This document shows, piece after piece, positions 12,375 to 21,038 of a DNA stretch of 64,000 bases (position 1 is the stretch's first letter; every line of letters begins with the position of its first letter). Both the position numbers and the translations under genes were made by a program. This DNA comes from Polyangiales bacterium (GTDB lineage Bacteria > Myxococcota_A > Polyangia > Polyangiales > Ga0077539), in NCBI GenBank assembly GCA_044229975.1, contig JBGARZ010000003.1:64001-128000 (forward strand), in the 5' to 3' direction. The notes under the pieces were generated by a model. It did not search any database, had not been told where the DNA came from, and was given only the letters and a program-made list of their open reading frames with translations.

Positions 12375-15347
12375 ATGAACCATCGAGCGATGCGGGGCAT
12401 CGACGTGCTCCTGATGAGCACGCGCGCGCTGGGGCTGGGCGGAGTGTTTTTGATCCTCCTCGCAGGTTGCGGGTCCGACCCAGCCGCGATCGCAGAGGGG
12501 ACGATCGGCCCGGCCGGAGGCACGCTGCGGGCAGGCGGAGCGGTGCTGACCGTGCCGGCCGGCGCCTTGTCATCGACCACGGCGTTGACCGTGCGCTGCG
12601 AGGGCTCTGCCCCCGCCGGGTTCGCGAGCAACTCGGCGCTCTGTCACTTCGGGCCCGACGGAACCCGCTTCTCGCTGCCCGTCACCGTGCAGCTTCCTGT
12701 CACAGGCGACACCGCCGCGGCCGCGGTCTGGTGGTCGCGCGACAGCGGCGAGGGATACGACCCGCTGCCGACGACCTTCTCGGAGGGTGCGGCCACGACG
12801 CTCGTCACGCACTTCAGCACCGGCTTCGTCGGGCGCAGGTCGGCCGATGCCGGAACCGACGCTGGGATCGACGCTGGGATCGACGCCTCGATCGACACCA
12901 CGATCGATGCCACCTCGGACGCCTCGACGGACACGCCGATCGATGTCCGAACCGACGTCCCCGTGGGCACCGCCGCGGCGCCGAGGGTGATCGGGCCGCG
13001 CTCTGGATCGCGGGCGATCTCGAACCGACCGCGCGTGCGGTGGGCCTTGCCCGCGGGCGTCACGACGGCCCGGCTGATCTTCTGTCGCGACCACGCGTTG
13101 ACGATGGGATGTGTCGACACGGAAGTGGCTGCCGAGCAGGGCCAACCCGCGACGGCGCTGTCGCCCGGCGTCTGGTTCTGGGGGCTTCGTGGGGTCGCTG
13201 GAGGTCTCCCGGGCGCCGCGCTCAGCGCCGTGTGGCGGCTGACGGTCCCCTCGTCGGCGGGCACGGCCCAGGGCTTCTCGGGGGGCGACTACGACGCCAA
13301 CGGCGACGGCTACGCCGACCTGCTCGACCCCCGCTCCTTGCGTGCTCTCACCGTCGACGTCCTGCTGGGCGGCCCGGGTGGCGTGTCGAGCACGCGGGTT
13401 GTCCGGGTGCCGCAGCCGCTGACCGGCAACGTCGGATCGAACACCGCGGGCGCAGGCGACTTCGATGGCGACGGCTACGGCGACCTCGTGTTTCTCGACG
13501 CACGCGGGCGCCTCCTCGTGATGCGCGGATCGGCCTCCGGCCCCGTTGGCCCGATCGCCACGGTGGTGAGCGACCTGACGGTCCCGGCGGTCGCGGTGAC
13601 GACCTCCGACCTGAACGGCGATGGCCGCGACGACGCGATCGTGGGCAGCACGCTCTGGTTTCCCGGGAGCGCGACGGGCCTCTCGGCCGCGGGGTCGATG
13701 ACGGGGTTCGGCGAGATTCGCCTGCCGGGAGACATCGACGGCGACGGCTTCAACGACCTGCTGGGCCGCGCGACCACCGGGTGGCGGTTGGTCCGCGGCG
13801 CCGCGTCGATGCCCGACTTCGCCACGTCCATGGCCGTCGGCGGCGTTCCCTTCGCGGCGGGCGATTCCAACAACGACGGCTTCGCGGATGTCGTCGTCGA
13901 CGACGTCGTCCGATACGGCAGCGCTGGCGGCCTGGCGCCCGCGAGCTCCGCCAGCCCGCGCACGGGCGTGCCGACCATCACCAACTCGCTGCCGCGGGTC
14001 GCAGACGTCGACCGCGACGGCGACGACGACCTGCTCTGGACCGCGTTCAACACGTACCTCGTACTCGGCGACGCCGCAGGCCGGATCGAAACCCGCGGCG
14101 CGACCACGGACCTCGCAAACCCGGTGCGCTTTGCCGGAGACCTCGACGGCGACGGACAGATCGACCTCTGGCGCAGCGACGTGAGGTCCGACGGGCCGTT
14201 CGAGTTCTCGGTGTTCAGCGGTCCGTTCGACCTGGGCGCGGTCGGCTCAGCCGTGGTGCGCCTTGCACCGCGTATCGACGAGCCGCAGGTCGCGGTCGTC
14301 AGCGTCGGCGACGCCAACGGCGACGGGCGCGCCGACCTGGCCATCGGGCCCGGGCCCGGCGAGACGACGCTTCAGTTCTTTGCCGGCACCGCGACTGGCT
14401 TCGCCGCCCCGCTCGCCATCACCGTGCCCGCGCTTCCCGCTCCCGCGCATGTGATCGCCGCGGGCGATCTCGATCGCGACGGCCTCGCGGACGTCGTGAT
14501 CTCCACCGGCCCGGCCGCGGTTCGCGTCGTCTACGGCGCGCGCAGCAACCTCGGCGGCCGCGCGCGAGACCTCGCGGCGGGCTCCGCCACGACGGGCCTC
14601 GCGATTCCCGTCATGTTGGGTGACGTCGACGGCGACGGGCATCGCGACCTCGTCGTCCTGCCCGGCGGCGACGCGACGCGTGTCCTGCTCTATCGCGGCA
14701 CGGCGACGGGCCCGGCCACGACCGCGACCGACGTCACGGTGTCGTTCACGGACACCCGGACCTGGCTGGGCCGGATCAACGCCGTGGGGGCCGCCGGTGA
14801 CCTCAACGGGGATCACTTCAACGACGTGGTGTTCGACATCCAGGTGGCCGGTACCTTCGGCTTCAACGACGCCTATGTGTTCTACGGGTCCGCGACCGGA
14901 CTGACCCAGGGCCCCAGAGTCGGCACGGATGCCTTCGGCTATGCCCCGTCGCGGGCGCCCGGCCCGCTGGGTGACATCGACGGCGATGGCCGGAGCGAGG
15001 CGATGGTGAGCGGGCGCACGTATGGCGTCGAGGGCACCACGCAGCCCGACTTCGCGGGCGCCATCACCGTGCCCGCGGGGGACTTCGACGGTGACGGCGT
15101 CGACGATGTGCTCCTGTCGTCGTCGGGATTGCAGGTGCGCGCGGGAGGGGCCGGTCCGCTCACGCGCGTTCTCCGCGAGTGGCCGAGTGGCGCCACGGCG
15201 ACGGCCCGCTACCCGCAGCCGATGACGACCGTCCCCGACCTCGATGGCGATCACCGTCCCGAGGTCGTGGCCACGACGCGGTTCGGGACCGAGCTCCTCT
15301 ACTCGCTGGTCCCCGCGGCCCAGGCCGCGTGGCGTTCGCTCCCGTAG
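12375..15347 (+). CDS. Large lipoprotein: ZU5-like N-domain, Asp-periodic linker, Ig-like segment and many FG-GAP/VCBS repeats
   Basis: Lipobox LLAGC (true start may be ATG 12414); IGPAGG..LTVPAGAL..FGPDGTRFSLPVTV..HFS; more than 12 (G)D(F/L/V/I)(N/D)GDG.xD repeats. Confidence 0.85.
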   Translation: MNHRAMRGIDVLLMSTRALGLGGVFLILLAGCGSDPAAIAEGTIGPAGGTLRAGGAVLTVPAGALSSTTALTVRCEGSAPAGFASNSALCHFGPDGTRFSLPVTVQLPVTGDTAAAAVWWSRDSGEGYDPLPTTFSEGAATTLVTHFSTGFVGRRSADAGTDAGIDAGIDASIDTTIDATSDASTDTPIDVRTDVPVGTAAAPRVIGPRSGSRAISNRPRVRWALPAGVTTARLIFCRDHALTMGCVDTEVAAEQGQPATALSPGVWFWGLRGVAGGLPGAALSAVWRLTVPSSAGTAQGFSGGDYDANGDGYADLLDPRSLRALTVDVLLGGPGGVSSTRVVRVPQPLTGNVGSNTAGAGDFDGDGYGDLVFLDARGRLLVMRGSASGPVGPIATVVSDLTVPAVAVTTSDLNGDGRDDAIVGSTLWFPGSATGLSAAGSMTGFGEIRLPGDIDGDGFNDLLGRATTGWRLVRGAASMPDFATSMAVGGVPFAAGDSNNDGFADVVVDDVVRYGSAGGLAPASSASPRTGVPTITNSLPRVADVDRDGDDDLLWTAFNTYLVLGDAAGRIETRGATTDLANPVRFAGDLDGDGQIDLWRSDVRSDGPFEFSVFSGPFDLGAVGSAVVRLAPRIDEPQVAVVSVGDANGDGRADLAIGPGPGETTLQFFAGTATGFAAPLAITVPALPAPAHVIAAGDLDRDGLADVVISTGPAAVRVVYGARSNLGGRARDLAAGSATTGLAIPVMLGDVDGDGHRDLVVLPGGDATRVLLYRGTATGPATTATDVTVSFTDTRTWLGRINAVGAAGDLNGDHFNDVVFDIQVAGTFGFNDAYVFYGSATGLTQGPRVGTDAFGYAPSRAPGPLGDIDGDGRSEAMVSGRTYGVEGTTQPDFAGAITVPAGDFDGDGVDDVLLSSSGLQVRAGGAGPLTRVLREWPSGATATARYPQPMTTVPDLDGDHRPEVVATTRFGTELLYSLVPAAQAAWRSLP
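12846..12965 (+). repeat. 12-bp-period coding repeat (D-x-x-x, 10 units)
   Basis: DAGT DAGI DAGI DASI DTTI DATS DAST DTPI DVRT DVPV; gacgctgggatc occurs twice exactly. Confidence 0.8.
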
Positions 15348-15348
15348 T

Positions 15349-16656
15349 TCAGCCCTGGGCGGGCAGGAAGCGCGCGAGCCCCTGATGCCGCGGGGTGAGC
15401 TTGCCGCCCGCCACCACGACCGCGTTCTGCAGCGCGGACGGGAGTCCGCCGACCCCGTCGGAGTACGTCGCCTCGTAAAACGTCTTCACGTAGGGGATGA
15501 GCGCGCGGCTGAAGTCGAAGCTCGCGTCGCGGGGTAGCGCGCATGGCAGGTTGTCCACCGACATGATCGCGACGCCTTCGCCCGTCACGCCCACGGTCGC
15601 CTTGCGGGTGGCCGGGTCGTAGACAAACGCGGGCTCGTCGTTTTGCGTCGCCATGACGGTCCACTCGATGCCGCCATCGATGTCGCAGGACACGTCGCCC
15701 AGCGCGGGCGGGAGTGTCCCCTCGGCGTACATCCGCCGCAGCGTGGAGTCGTCGAGGATGCGCGGGAAGCGCGCGTCCCAGTAGATGCCGTTGATCACCG
15801 CGCGGCAGTACGGCAGGTACATCGCGCCGACGTTGAGGTAGCGGCTCGGGTGCGCGAGGTAGTGCTCGAAGTCGAAGCGCCGCGTGCCCGCCGTGACGAA
15901 GAGGTCACCGCCGTGCACGTGCATCACCCGCAGCGTGCGGTCGTCGGGAGAGTCCGTCGGCAGCGAGATGGCCTCGTTGACCGTGCACGGAATGGCGCCC
16001 ACCAGCTCCAGGTACTCCAGCGCGCCCTTGGACACGCGGCCGTCGCCGGTCACCGCCACCACGAAGGGCGTCAGCGCCGCAGGGCCTTCCTTGCGCAGCT
16101 CGGCGAGGAGCCCCTTGGTGTGCTCCACCATCTCCGCGAGGTCGCGGTACTCCACCGCGTGGCGGATACCCGTCAGCGGCGACGGGTGGCCCAACGCGGC
16201 CAGGCGGTGCGCCAGCGTCCACAGCGTCTCGTGGGCGCCCGCGAGGCCCGCGTAGCGACCGAAGGCCACCTGCCGAACGCCCGCGTCGTCGACGATCACC
16301 TCGTAGTCGATGAGCGTCGAGCCCTGGTCGATGAAGTGCTGGAGCAGCGGCATGTTGTGCGACTGCCCCTTGATGGTGTGCGAGAAGCACATGACCACCT
16401 GCCCGGGCTTCACCTGCGAGGTCTTCACCTCCTTCACGCCGATGATGAAGCGGCAGTCCGTCGCGTCATCGACCAGCGTCGCGCCCGCGGCCTCGAACTC
16501 CGCGTCGACCAGCGCCCGCGTCGGCGAGCGCTCGACCCGCACCGCGATGCCGCCCGCGACGAGGCCCCGCACCTCCGCCGGCACGAGCGGAACGCGCCGC
16601 TCCCACTTGTTCTTCGTCTCTCGCAGGATCCCGATCGCGTTGCGCAGTTCGCTCAT
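15349..16656 (-). CDS. Stand-alone lysine-ketoglutarate reductase / saccharopine dehydrogenase (AlaDh/PNT superfamily)
   Basis: GILRETKNKWERRVPL, GVKEV, FSHTIKGQSHN, LIDYE, FGRYAG, GDVSCDIDG, VDNLPCALPRDAS. Confidence 0.85.
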   Translation of the reverse strand: MSELRNAIGILRETKNKWERRVPLVPAEVRGLVAGGIAVRVERSPTRALVDAEFEAAGATLVDDATDCRFIIGVKEVKTSQVKPGQVVMCFSHTIKGQSHNMPLLQHFIDQGSTLIDYEVIVDDAGVRQVAFGRYAGLAGAHETLWTLAHRLAALGHPSPLTGIRHAVEYRDLAEMVEHTKGLLAELRKEGPAALTPFVVAVTGDGRVSKGALEYLELVGAIPCTVNEAISLPTDSPDDRTLRVMHVHGGDLFVTAGTRRFDFEHYLAHPSRYLNVGAMYLPYCRAVINGIYWDARFPRILDDSTLRRMYAEGTLPPALGDVSCDIDGGIEWTVMATQNDEPAFVYDPATRKATVGVTGEGVAIMSVDNLPCALPRDASFDFSRALIPYVKTFYEATYSDGVGGLPSALQNAVVVAGGKLTPRHQGLARFLPAQG

Positions 16657-16689
16657 GGCCGCGGCACTGTCACCAAGCTGCCCCGTCGG

Positions 16690-17004
16690 TCAAGAGCCCT
16701 GCTTCGTTGCCTCGCGCGCCGCGACCGGCGGGTGCTCGTGCCCGTGGTCCTGCCCGTCGCCGTGATCGTGGTCCGCGACGGGCTTCGCGCCCTGCGGCTT
16801 CAGGCTGACGGACGTCCCCTCGGGCAGCGACCCCAGCGGCATCCCCAGGAGCTCCTCGGCCATCTCCTTCAGGTCATGCCGGTGCTCGTGGGGCATCTCG
16901 TCCTCCGGAACCTCCACGTCGATGACCAGCGACACCTTGCCCGTCACCGCGTCGTGCCGGTAGCGCAGCGTCACCCGCCGTTGGTTCTGTCGGCCTTCCT
17001 TCAT
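16690..17004 (-). CDS. Small protein resembling the FtsH ternary system X3-analog domain
   Basis: VTLRYRHDAVTGKVSLVIDV..DEMPHEHRHDLKEMAEELLG; ATGA-coupled to the upstream gene; His-rich tail; family recalled from memory. Confidence 0.55.
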   Translation of the reverse strand: MKEGRQNQRRVTLRYRHDAVTGKVSLVIDVEVPEDEMPHEHRHDLKEMAEELLGMPLGSLPEGTSVSLKPQGAKPVADHDHGDGQDHGHEHPPVAAREATKQGS

Positions 17005-17597
17005 GCCTTCACCACCACCGTGACCTCGTAGCCACCACGAACATCCCCCCGCTCGTCCACGCTCTCCACCTCGCCGAGCTGCCGCGCCCGCTCCTCCAGC
17101 GCCCGCCGGTACACCCGGTTGAGGGCCTCTTGAAGCGCCGCGCGCACGGCGGGCTCTTCCTTCGTCAGCGCCGCCGCGTTGTCCGCCTCGATCTTCGCCT
17201 CGGCGCGCTTGCGCTCCTGCTCCAGCGCCCTCTCGGCCGCGGAGTTGGCCTTCGCGAGGGCCTTCTTCTCGTCGCCGTCCCTCACCGTCGCCGAGCCCGA
17301 TGCCGTCACCGTCACGTCGCCCGCGCGGCGCACCGTCACCGTCGTCGCCGCGGCGTCGAGCGAGGCCGTCACCTCGCCAAACACCCGGGTCATGGTGCCA
17401 TCGGCCTGAGCCTCCCAGCCCTGCGCGGCGAGCACCTCCCGCAGCGTCACGCCCATCGCGTCGCCCGCAAGTAGTGGGAGCATCCGCACCGCGATCTCCA
17501 CCCGGTCCTCGACGTGAACGGTGTCGGTCAGGTTGTCGGAGCGCACGGTGCGGGCCAGGGGCTCCCACTCCAGATCGAGCAGCATTCCACACGTCAT
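17001..17597 (-). CDS. Protein resembling the FtsH ternary system X5 domain
   Basis: TVHVEDRV..MLPLLAGDAMGVTLREVLAAQGW, coiled coil, C-terminal ALEERARQLGEVESV..YEVTVVVK; start is ATG 17597 or 17585. Confidence 0.6.
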   Translation of the reverse strand: MTCGMLLDLEWEPLARTVRSDNLTDTVHVEDRVEIAVRMLPLLAGDAMGVTLREVLAAQGWEAQADGTMTRVFGEVTASLDAAATTVTVRRAGDVTVTASGSATVRDGDEKKALAKANSAAERALEQERKRAEAKIEADNAAALTKEEPAVRAALQEALNRVYRRALEERARQLGEVESVDERGDVRGGYEVTVVVKA

Positions 17598-17676
17598 GGC
17601 GTCGACGTCCGCGGTACCACGCAGCCGCGTTCGTCGCACGCGACCGGTGGTGTCCGCGGTGCCTCCCACAGTACAA

Positions 17677-18387
17677 ATGCGCCCCATGTCCGACGAGACC
17701 ACGGCCCCCGCGACGCGGCACCTCCGCTACTTCGACCTCATCGTCGGGGTGTTCGTCACCGCGCTCATCACGAGCAACCTGGTCGCGGCCAAGGTCGCGC
17801 AGATCGGGCCCTTCGTGATGGGCTGCGGCATCTTCGTCTTCCCCATCTCGTACATCTTCGGCGACGTCCTCACCGAGGTGTACGGCTACGCCCGCAGCCG
17901 CCGCGTCATCTGGATCGGCTTCGGCTGCGGCGTCCTCACGTCGCTGGTCTTCTTCGTCGCCGACGTCATGCCCCCGGCCCCGGCGTGGCACGACCAGGCC
18001 GCGTTTCACACCATCCTGGGGCAGCTCCCGCGCGTGGTCGCGGCGAGCCTCGTGGCCTACGTGGTGGGGGAGTTCTTCAACAGCTTCGTGCTCGCGAAGC
18101 TCAAGGTGCTCACCAAGGGCAAGCACCTGTGGATGCGAACCATCGGCTCGACGCTCGTGGGCCAAGGGGTCGACAGCGCGGTGTTCTATCCGCTCGCATT
18201 TATCGGGCAGTGGCCGCTCGCCACGGTGATCACCGTGGCCTGGCACAACTACCTCATCAAGGTCGCCGTCGAGACGCTCTTCACGCCGCTCACCTACCTG
18301 GTCGTCAACTATCTGAAGCGCGCCGAACACGAAGACGTCTTCGACACCACGACGGACTTCAACCCCCTCAAGCTCTCGTCGGATTGA
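17677..18387 (+). CDS. yhhQ: Queuosine precursor transporter (YhhQ/DUF165)
   Basis: SNLVAAK, FPISYIFGDVLTEVYGY, PRVVAASLVAY, LWMRTIGSTLVGQGVDS; start is 17677 or 17686. Confidence 0.9.
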   Translation: MRPMSDETTAPATRHLRYFDLIVGVFVTALITSNLVAAKVAQIGPFVMGCGIFVFPISYIFGDVLTEVYGYARSRRVIWIGFGCGVLTSLVFFVADVMPPAPAWHDQAAFHTILGQLPRVVAASLVAYVVGEFFNSFVLAKLKVLTKGKHLWMRTIGSTLVGQGVDSAVFYPLAFIGQWPLATVITVAWHNYLIKVAVETLFTPLTYLVVNYLKRAEHEDVFDTTTDFNPLKLSSD

Positions 18388-18483
18388 CCACGGTCACGGA
18401 GCGAGACTCGCGGCGCGACGCAATCTGAGGTACTCGCTTCGTCGCGCCCGAACTCCTTCTCCTGCCGACGGTAGCCAAGACCC

Positions 18484-19326
18484 ATGCGCTCCACCTCCTC
18501 TCTTCGCGTTGTCCTGATGTGCCTCGGTGTGCTCGGGGGCTGTGGCTCCACCGCGGGGACAGGCTTCCCTGAAGACGACGCGGCCATGGGCGACGACGTG
18601 GCCGCCGACGCAGGCGATGCGGGGAGCGCGGCCGACGATGCCAGCGCCACTGATGATGCGAGCATCGCCGACGATGCGAGCGACGCGGCCGACGCCGCGG
18701 TGGACGCGCGCGACGCGGGCGCTGATGCCGGCGACGCGAGCGACGCCACCGATGTCATCACGCCGACCATCGACCTCGGACCGTTTCCCACCGACCTCGG
18801 CACGCCGACGAGCGACCGCGGCAGCGCGACCAACGATCTCGGCAGCCCGACGGACGGAGGCGTCATCGGCACCGACGTCGTGGTCTCCGTCGATTCGTCG
18901 ACGACGGACGACACCGGACCGATCACCTCGACCGACGGCGGCATGTCCATGGTCGACACGGGCCCGGTTGGGCCGACCGATCGCGGCCCGATCCTGATGT
19001 GCCCGTCGACGTGCGCCACGGACGTTGACTGCAACCCCTGCCGCACCTCGGCCGATCCGCCGAGCGTTCGCTACTGCTGCCTGAGCGCGCTCTGCATCTC
19101 GATGACCGGGATGTGCCCCGAGATGGGCGATAGCGGCACTCGCGACGGCGGCATCGGCACCGACGGTGGCATCGGCGGCTTCGATGGCGGCATCGGCGGT
19201 GGTCGCGACGGTGGCATCGGCGGCGTGGACGGTGGGCTTGGCGGCCTCATCGACAGCGGCCTGGGCGGCGGCGTCGACGGTGGCCTCGGCGGCGGCCGCG
19301 ACGCGGGCGGCGGCGGTCCGGGCTGA
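18484..19326 (+). CDS. Low-complexity Asp/Gly-rich lipoprotein with a small Cys-rich domain
   Basis: Lipobox LGGC; DDA/DAG/TD repeats; CPSTCATDVDCNPC..YCCLSALC..MC; C-terminal DGGIGG repeats. Confidence 0.7.
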   Translation: MRSTSSLRVVLMCLGVLGGCGSTAGTGFPEDDAAMGDDVAADAGDAGSAADDASATDDASIADDASDAADAAVDARDAGADAGDASDATDVITPTIDLGPFPTDLGTPTSDRGSATNDLGSPTDGGVIGTDVVVSVDSSTTDDTGPITSTDGGMSMVDTGPVGPTDRGPILMCPSTCATDVDCNPCRTSADPPSVRYCCLSALCISMTGMCPEMGDSGTRDGGIGTDGGIGGFDGGIGGGRDGGIGGVDGGLGGLIDSGLGGGVDGGLGGGRDAGGGGPG

Positions 19327-19332
19327 GGCGCT

Positions 19333-20304
19333 CTACGGCGGCGCGACAAAGCGCGCGCACGCTCCCTCGATGACTCCGAGAGCGTCCCGGAAAAACGCCG
19401 AGTAGTCGCTCGAACACACGTCCCCGACGAAGCCGTTGTCTCCAAAGCGCCGCGTGAAGCCCAACAGGCGCGCGGCCGGAACGGCGCCGCACGGATTGTC
19501 CGCCCGCCGCCCGATGAGCGACAGCACGACGATGTTGTCGCTCATCCCTCCGCGCGCGGTGACGAGCTCGCGCACCCAGTCGTCGGGGGTTCCGCCCGAG
19601 GCGTTGGACATGCAGCGGGTGCCGTCGCAGCCGTCGGGTACGTCGTCCTCGTCGCTGATGAGCACCACCACGAGCAACGAGCCGCGCCGCGCAAAGCCCT
19701 CGTTGCAGGCACCCGGCGCGTTGATGGCGGGACGCACGGCGTTGAGCAGCGCGCGCATCATCCGCTCGTCGTCCGAGCCGCCCACCCCGACCTGTGCCGC
19801 GCAGGCGAAGCGGGCCGTGAGGTCGGGTTCGGCCTCGGTGAGGTACGCGCCGCCGCTCGCGAAGGGCCCGCACACCCGACGGCTCGACTCGGGCCCGGTG
19901 GTCTGCGTGACGAGGCTGCCGATGCCCTCGCAGCCCGCGCGGGTGCCGTAGTAGTCGTCCGACGGGACGACCCCGATGTGGTAGTTCGACGCGAAGCGCA
20001 GCCGGTCGCGCACCCCTTGGATGAAGCCCGGGAAGCTCGCGATGAGGCTGCGCTGGTTGTCGGCCATGCTCCCCGAGTTGTCGATCACGAAGAGCAGGTC
20101 GACCTGGGTGCATGCGTTGATGCGCCCGAGGTCTTCGGCGCCGCGATCGGGCACCGCGATGGCGTCGCGGGTCACCGCACGATCGTCGACGGCGAGCGCA
20201 TCGACGGCGCCCCCGTCGCGCGCGACGAAGCCCGCGGGATCGTCGGCGCAAGCGAGCAGCAACGACGCGACACAACCAGTGAGCGAGAGCGAACGCACAC
20301 CCAT
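19333..20304 (-). CDS. vWA-domain lipoprotein
   Basis: Lipobox LLLAC; DLLFVIDNSGSM (MIDAS motif); VVVLISDEDD; several Cys. Confidence 0.85.
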   Translation of the reverse strand: MGVRSLSLTGCVASLLLACADDPAGFVARDGGAVDALAVDDRAVTRDAIAVPDRGAEDLGRINACTQVDLLFVIDNSGSMADNQRSLIASFPGFIQGVRDRLRFASNYHIGVVPSDDYYGTRAGCEGIGSLVTQTTGPESSRRVCGPFASGGAYLTEAEPDLTARFACAAQVGVGGSDDERMMRALLNAVRPAINAPGACNEGFARRGSLLVVVLISDEDDVPDGCDGTRCMSNASGGTPDDWVRELVTARGGMSDNIVVLSLIGRRADNPCGAVPAARLLGFTRRFGDNGFVGDVCSSDYSAFFRDALGVIEGACARFVAPP

Positions 20305-20389
20305 GGTGACCCTCGCGGCGAGGATACCCACTCGCGGGCGCGCGGTGCGAGCGCTTGACGCCGCCTGTCGACGGTGACCGACTCGCCTG

Positions 20390-21010
20390 ATGAGCGAAGC
20401 ATCGTCACCGCGCACCGAGGCCAGCGCCCCCGTCGAAGAGAAGATGGTCACCGACCCATCGCGGGTGCGGCACCGCGACAAGCACGTCGCCCGAACCGCG
20501 GCGGTGCTGATGATCCCGATGGCCCTGCTCGCGCTGCTCGCCACCGTGGCCGTCGCGAGCGGCGCCGACCCGGCCGCGCCCCGGCTCGCCGCGCTCATCC
20601 CCTTCGCTGGCTTCCTGGGAACGCTCTACATGCTCCTCACGCGGATGGTCGTGCGCAGCGCCGTCACCCGCGACGAGGTTCAGGTGCAATGGGGGCTCAG
20701 CGAGCACCGCATCCCGCTCGCCGCCATCACAGCGTGCGAAGCGAAACCCGCGACCGGCGGACCGACCGCTGCCACGGGCGCGGGCTGGGCGCTCTTCGCC
20801 AACCGCGGCTCCGTGCTGATCACCTGGAGCGAAGGCGGCACCTCGAAGTCACTGTCCTTCCCCGCCAACGACCCCGTCACCGTCGCCGCGCAGATCGAAG
20901 CCGCGCGCGGCGGACAGGCGTCGGGCGTGCGGGTCGCCGCGGATGCCGACGAGGCCCTCGCCGTGGAGGCAGGGGCGGAGGCATCGCGCGAGGCCCGCGC
21001 GCGTCGTTAG
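20390..21010 (+). CDS. Hypothetical membrane protein (2 TM plus a PH-like soluble domain)
   Basis: Two hydrophobic helices, then VQVQWGLSEHRIPLAAITACE. Confidence 0.7.
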   Translation: MSEASSPRTEASAPVEEKMVTDPSRVRHRDKHVARTAAVLMIPMALLALLATVAVASGADPAAPRLAALIPFAGFLGTLYMLLTRMVVRSAVTRDEVQVQWGLSEHRIPLAAITACEAKPATGGPTAATGAGWALFANRGSVLITWSEGGTSKSLSFPANDPVTVAAQIEAARGGQASGVRVAADADEALAVEAGAEASREARARR

Positions 21011-21038
21011 GAGGAGAGAGAAGGGGAGAGACGGTCGG

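Noticed and set aside
17598..17676. preQ1 riboswitch upstream of yhhQ
   Set aside because: Only a GC-rich imperfect hairpin; it lacks the conserved loop and A-rich tail of preQ1-I.
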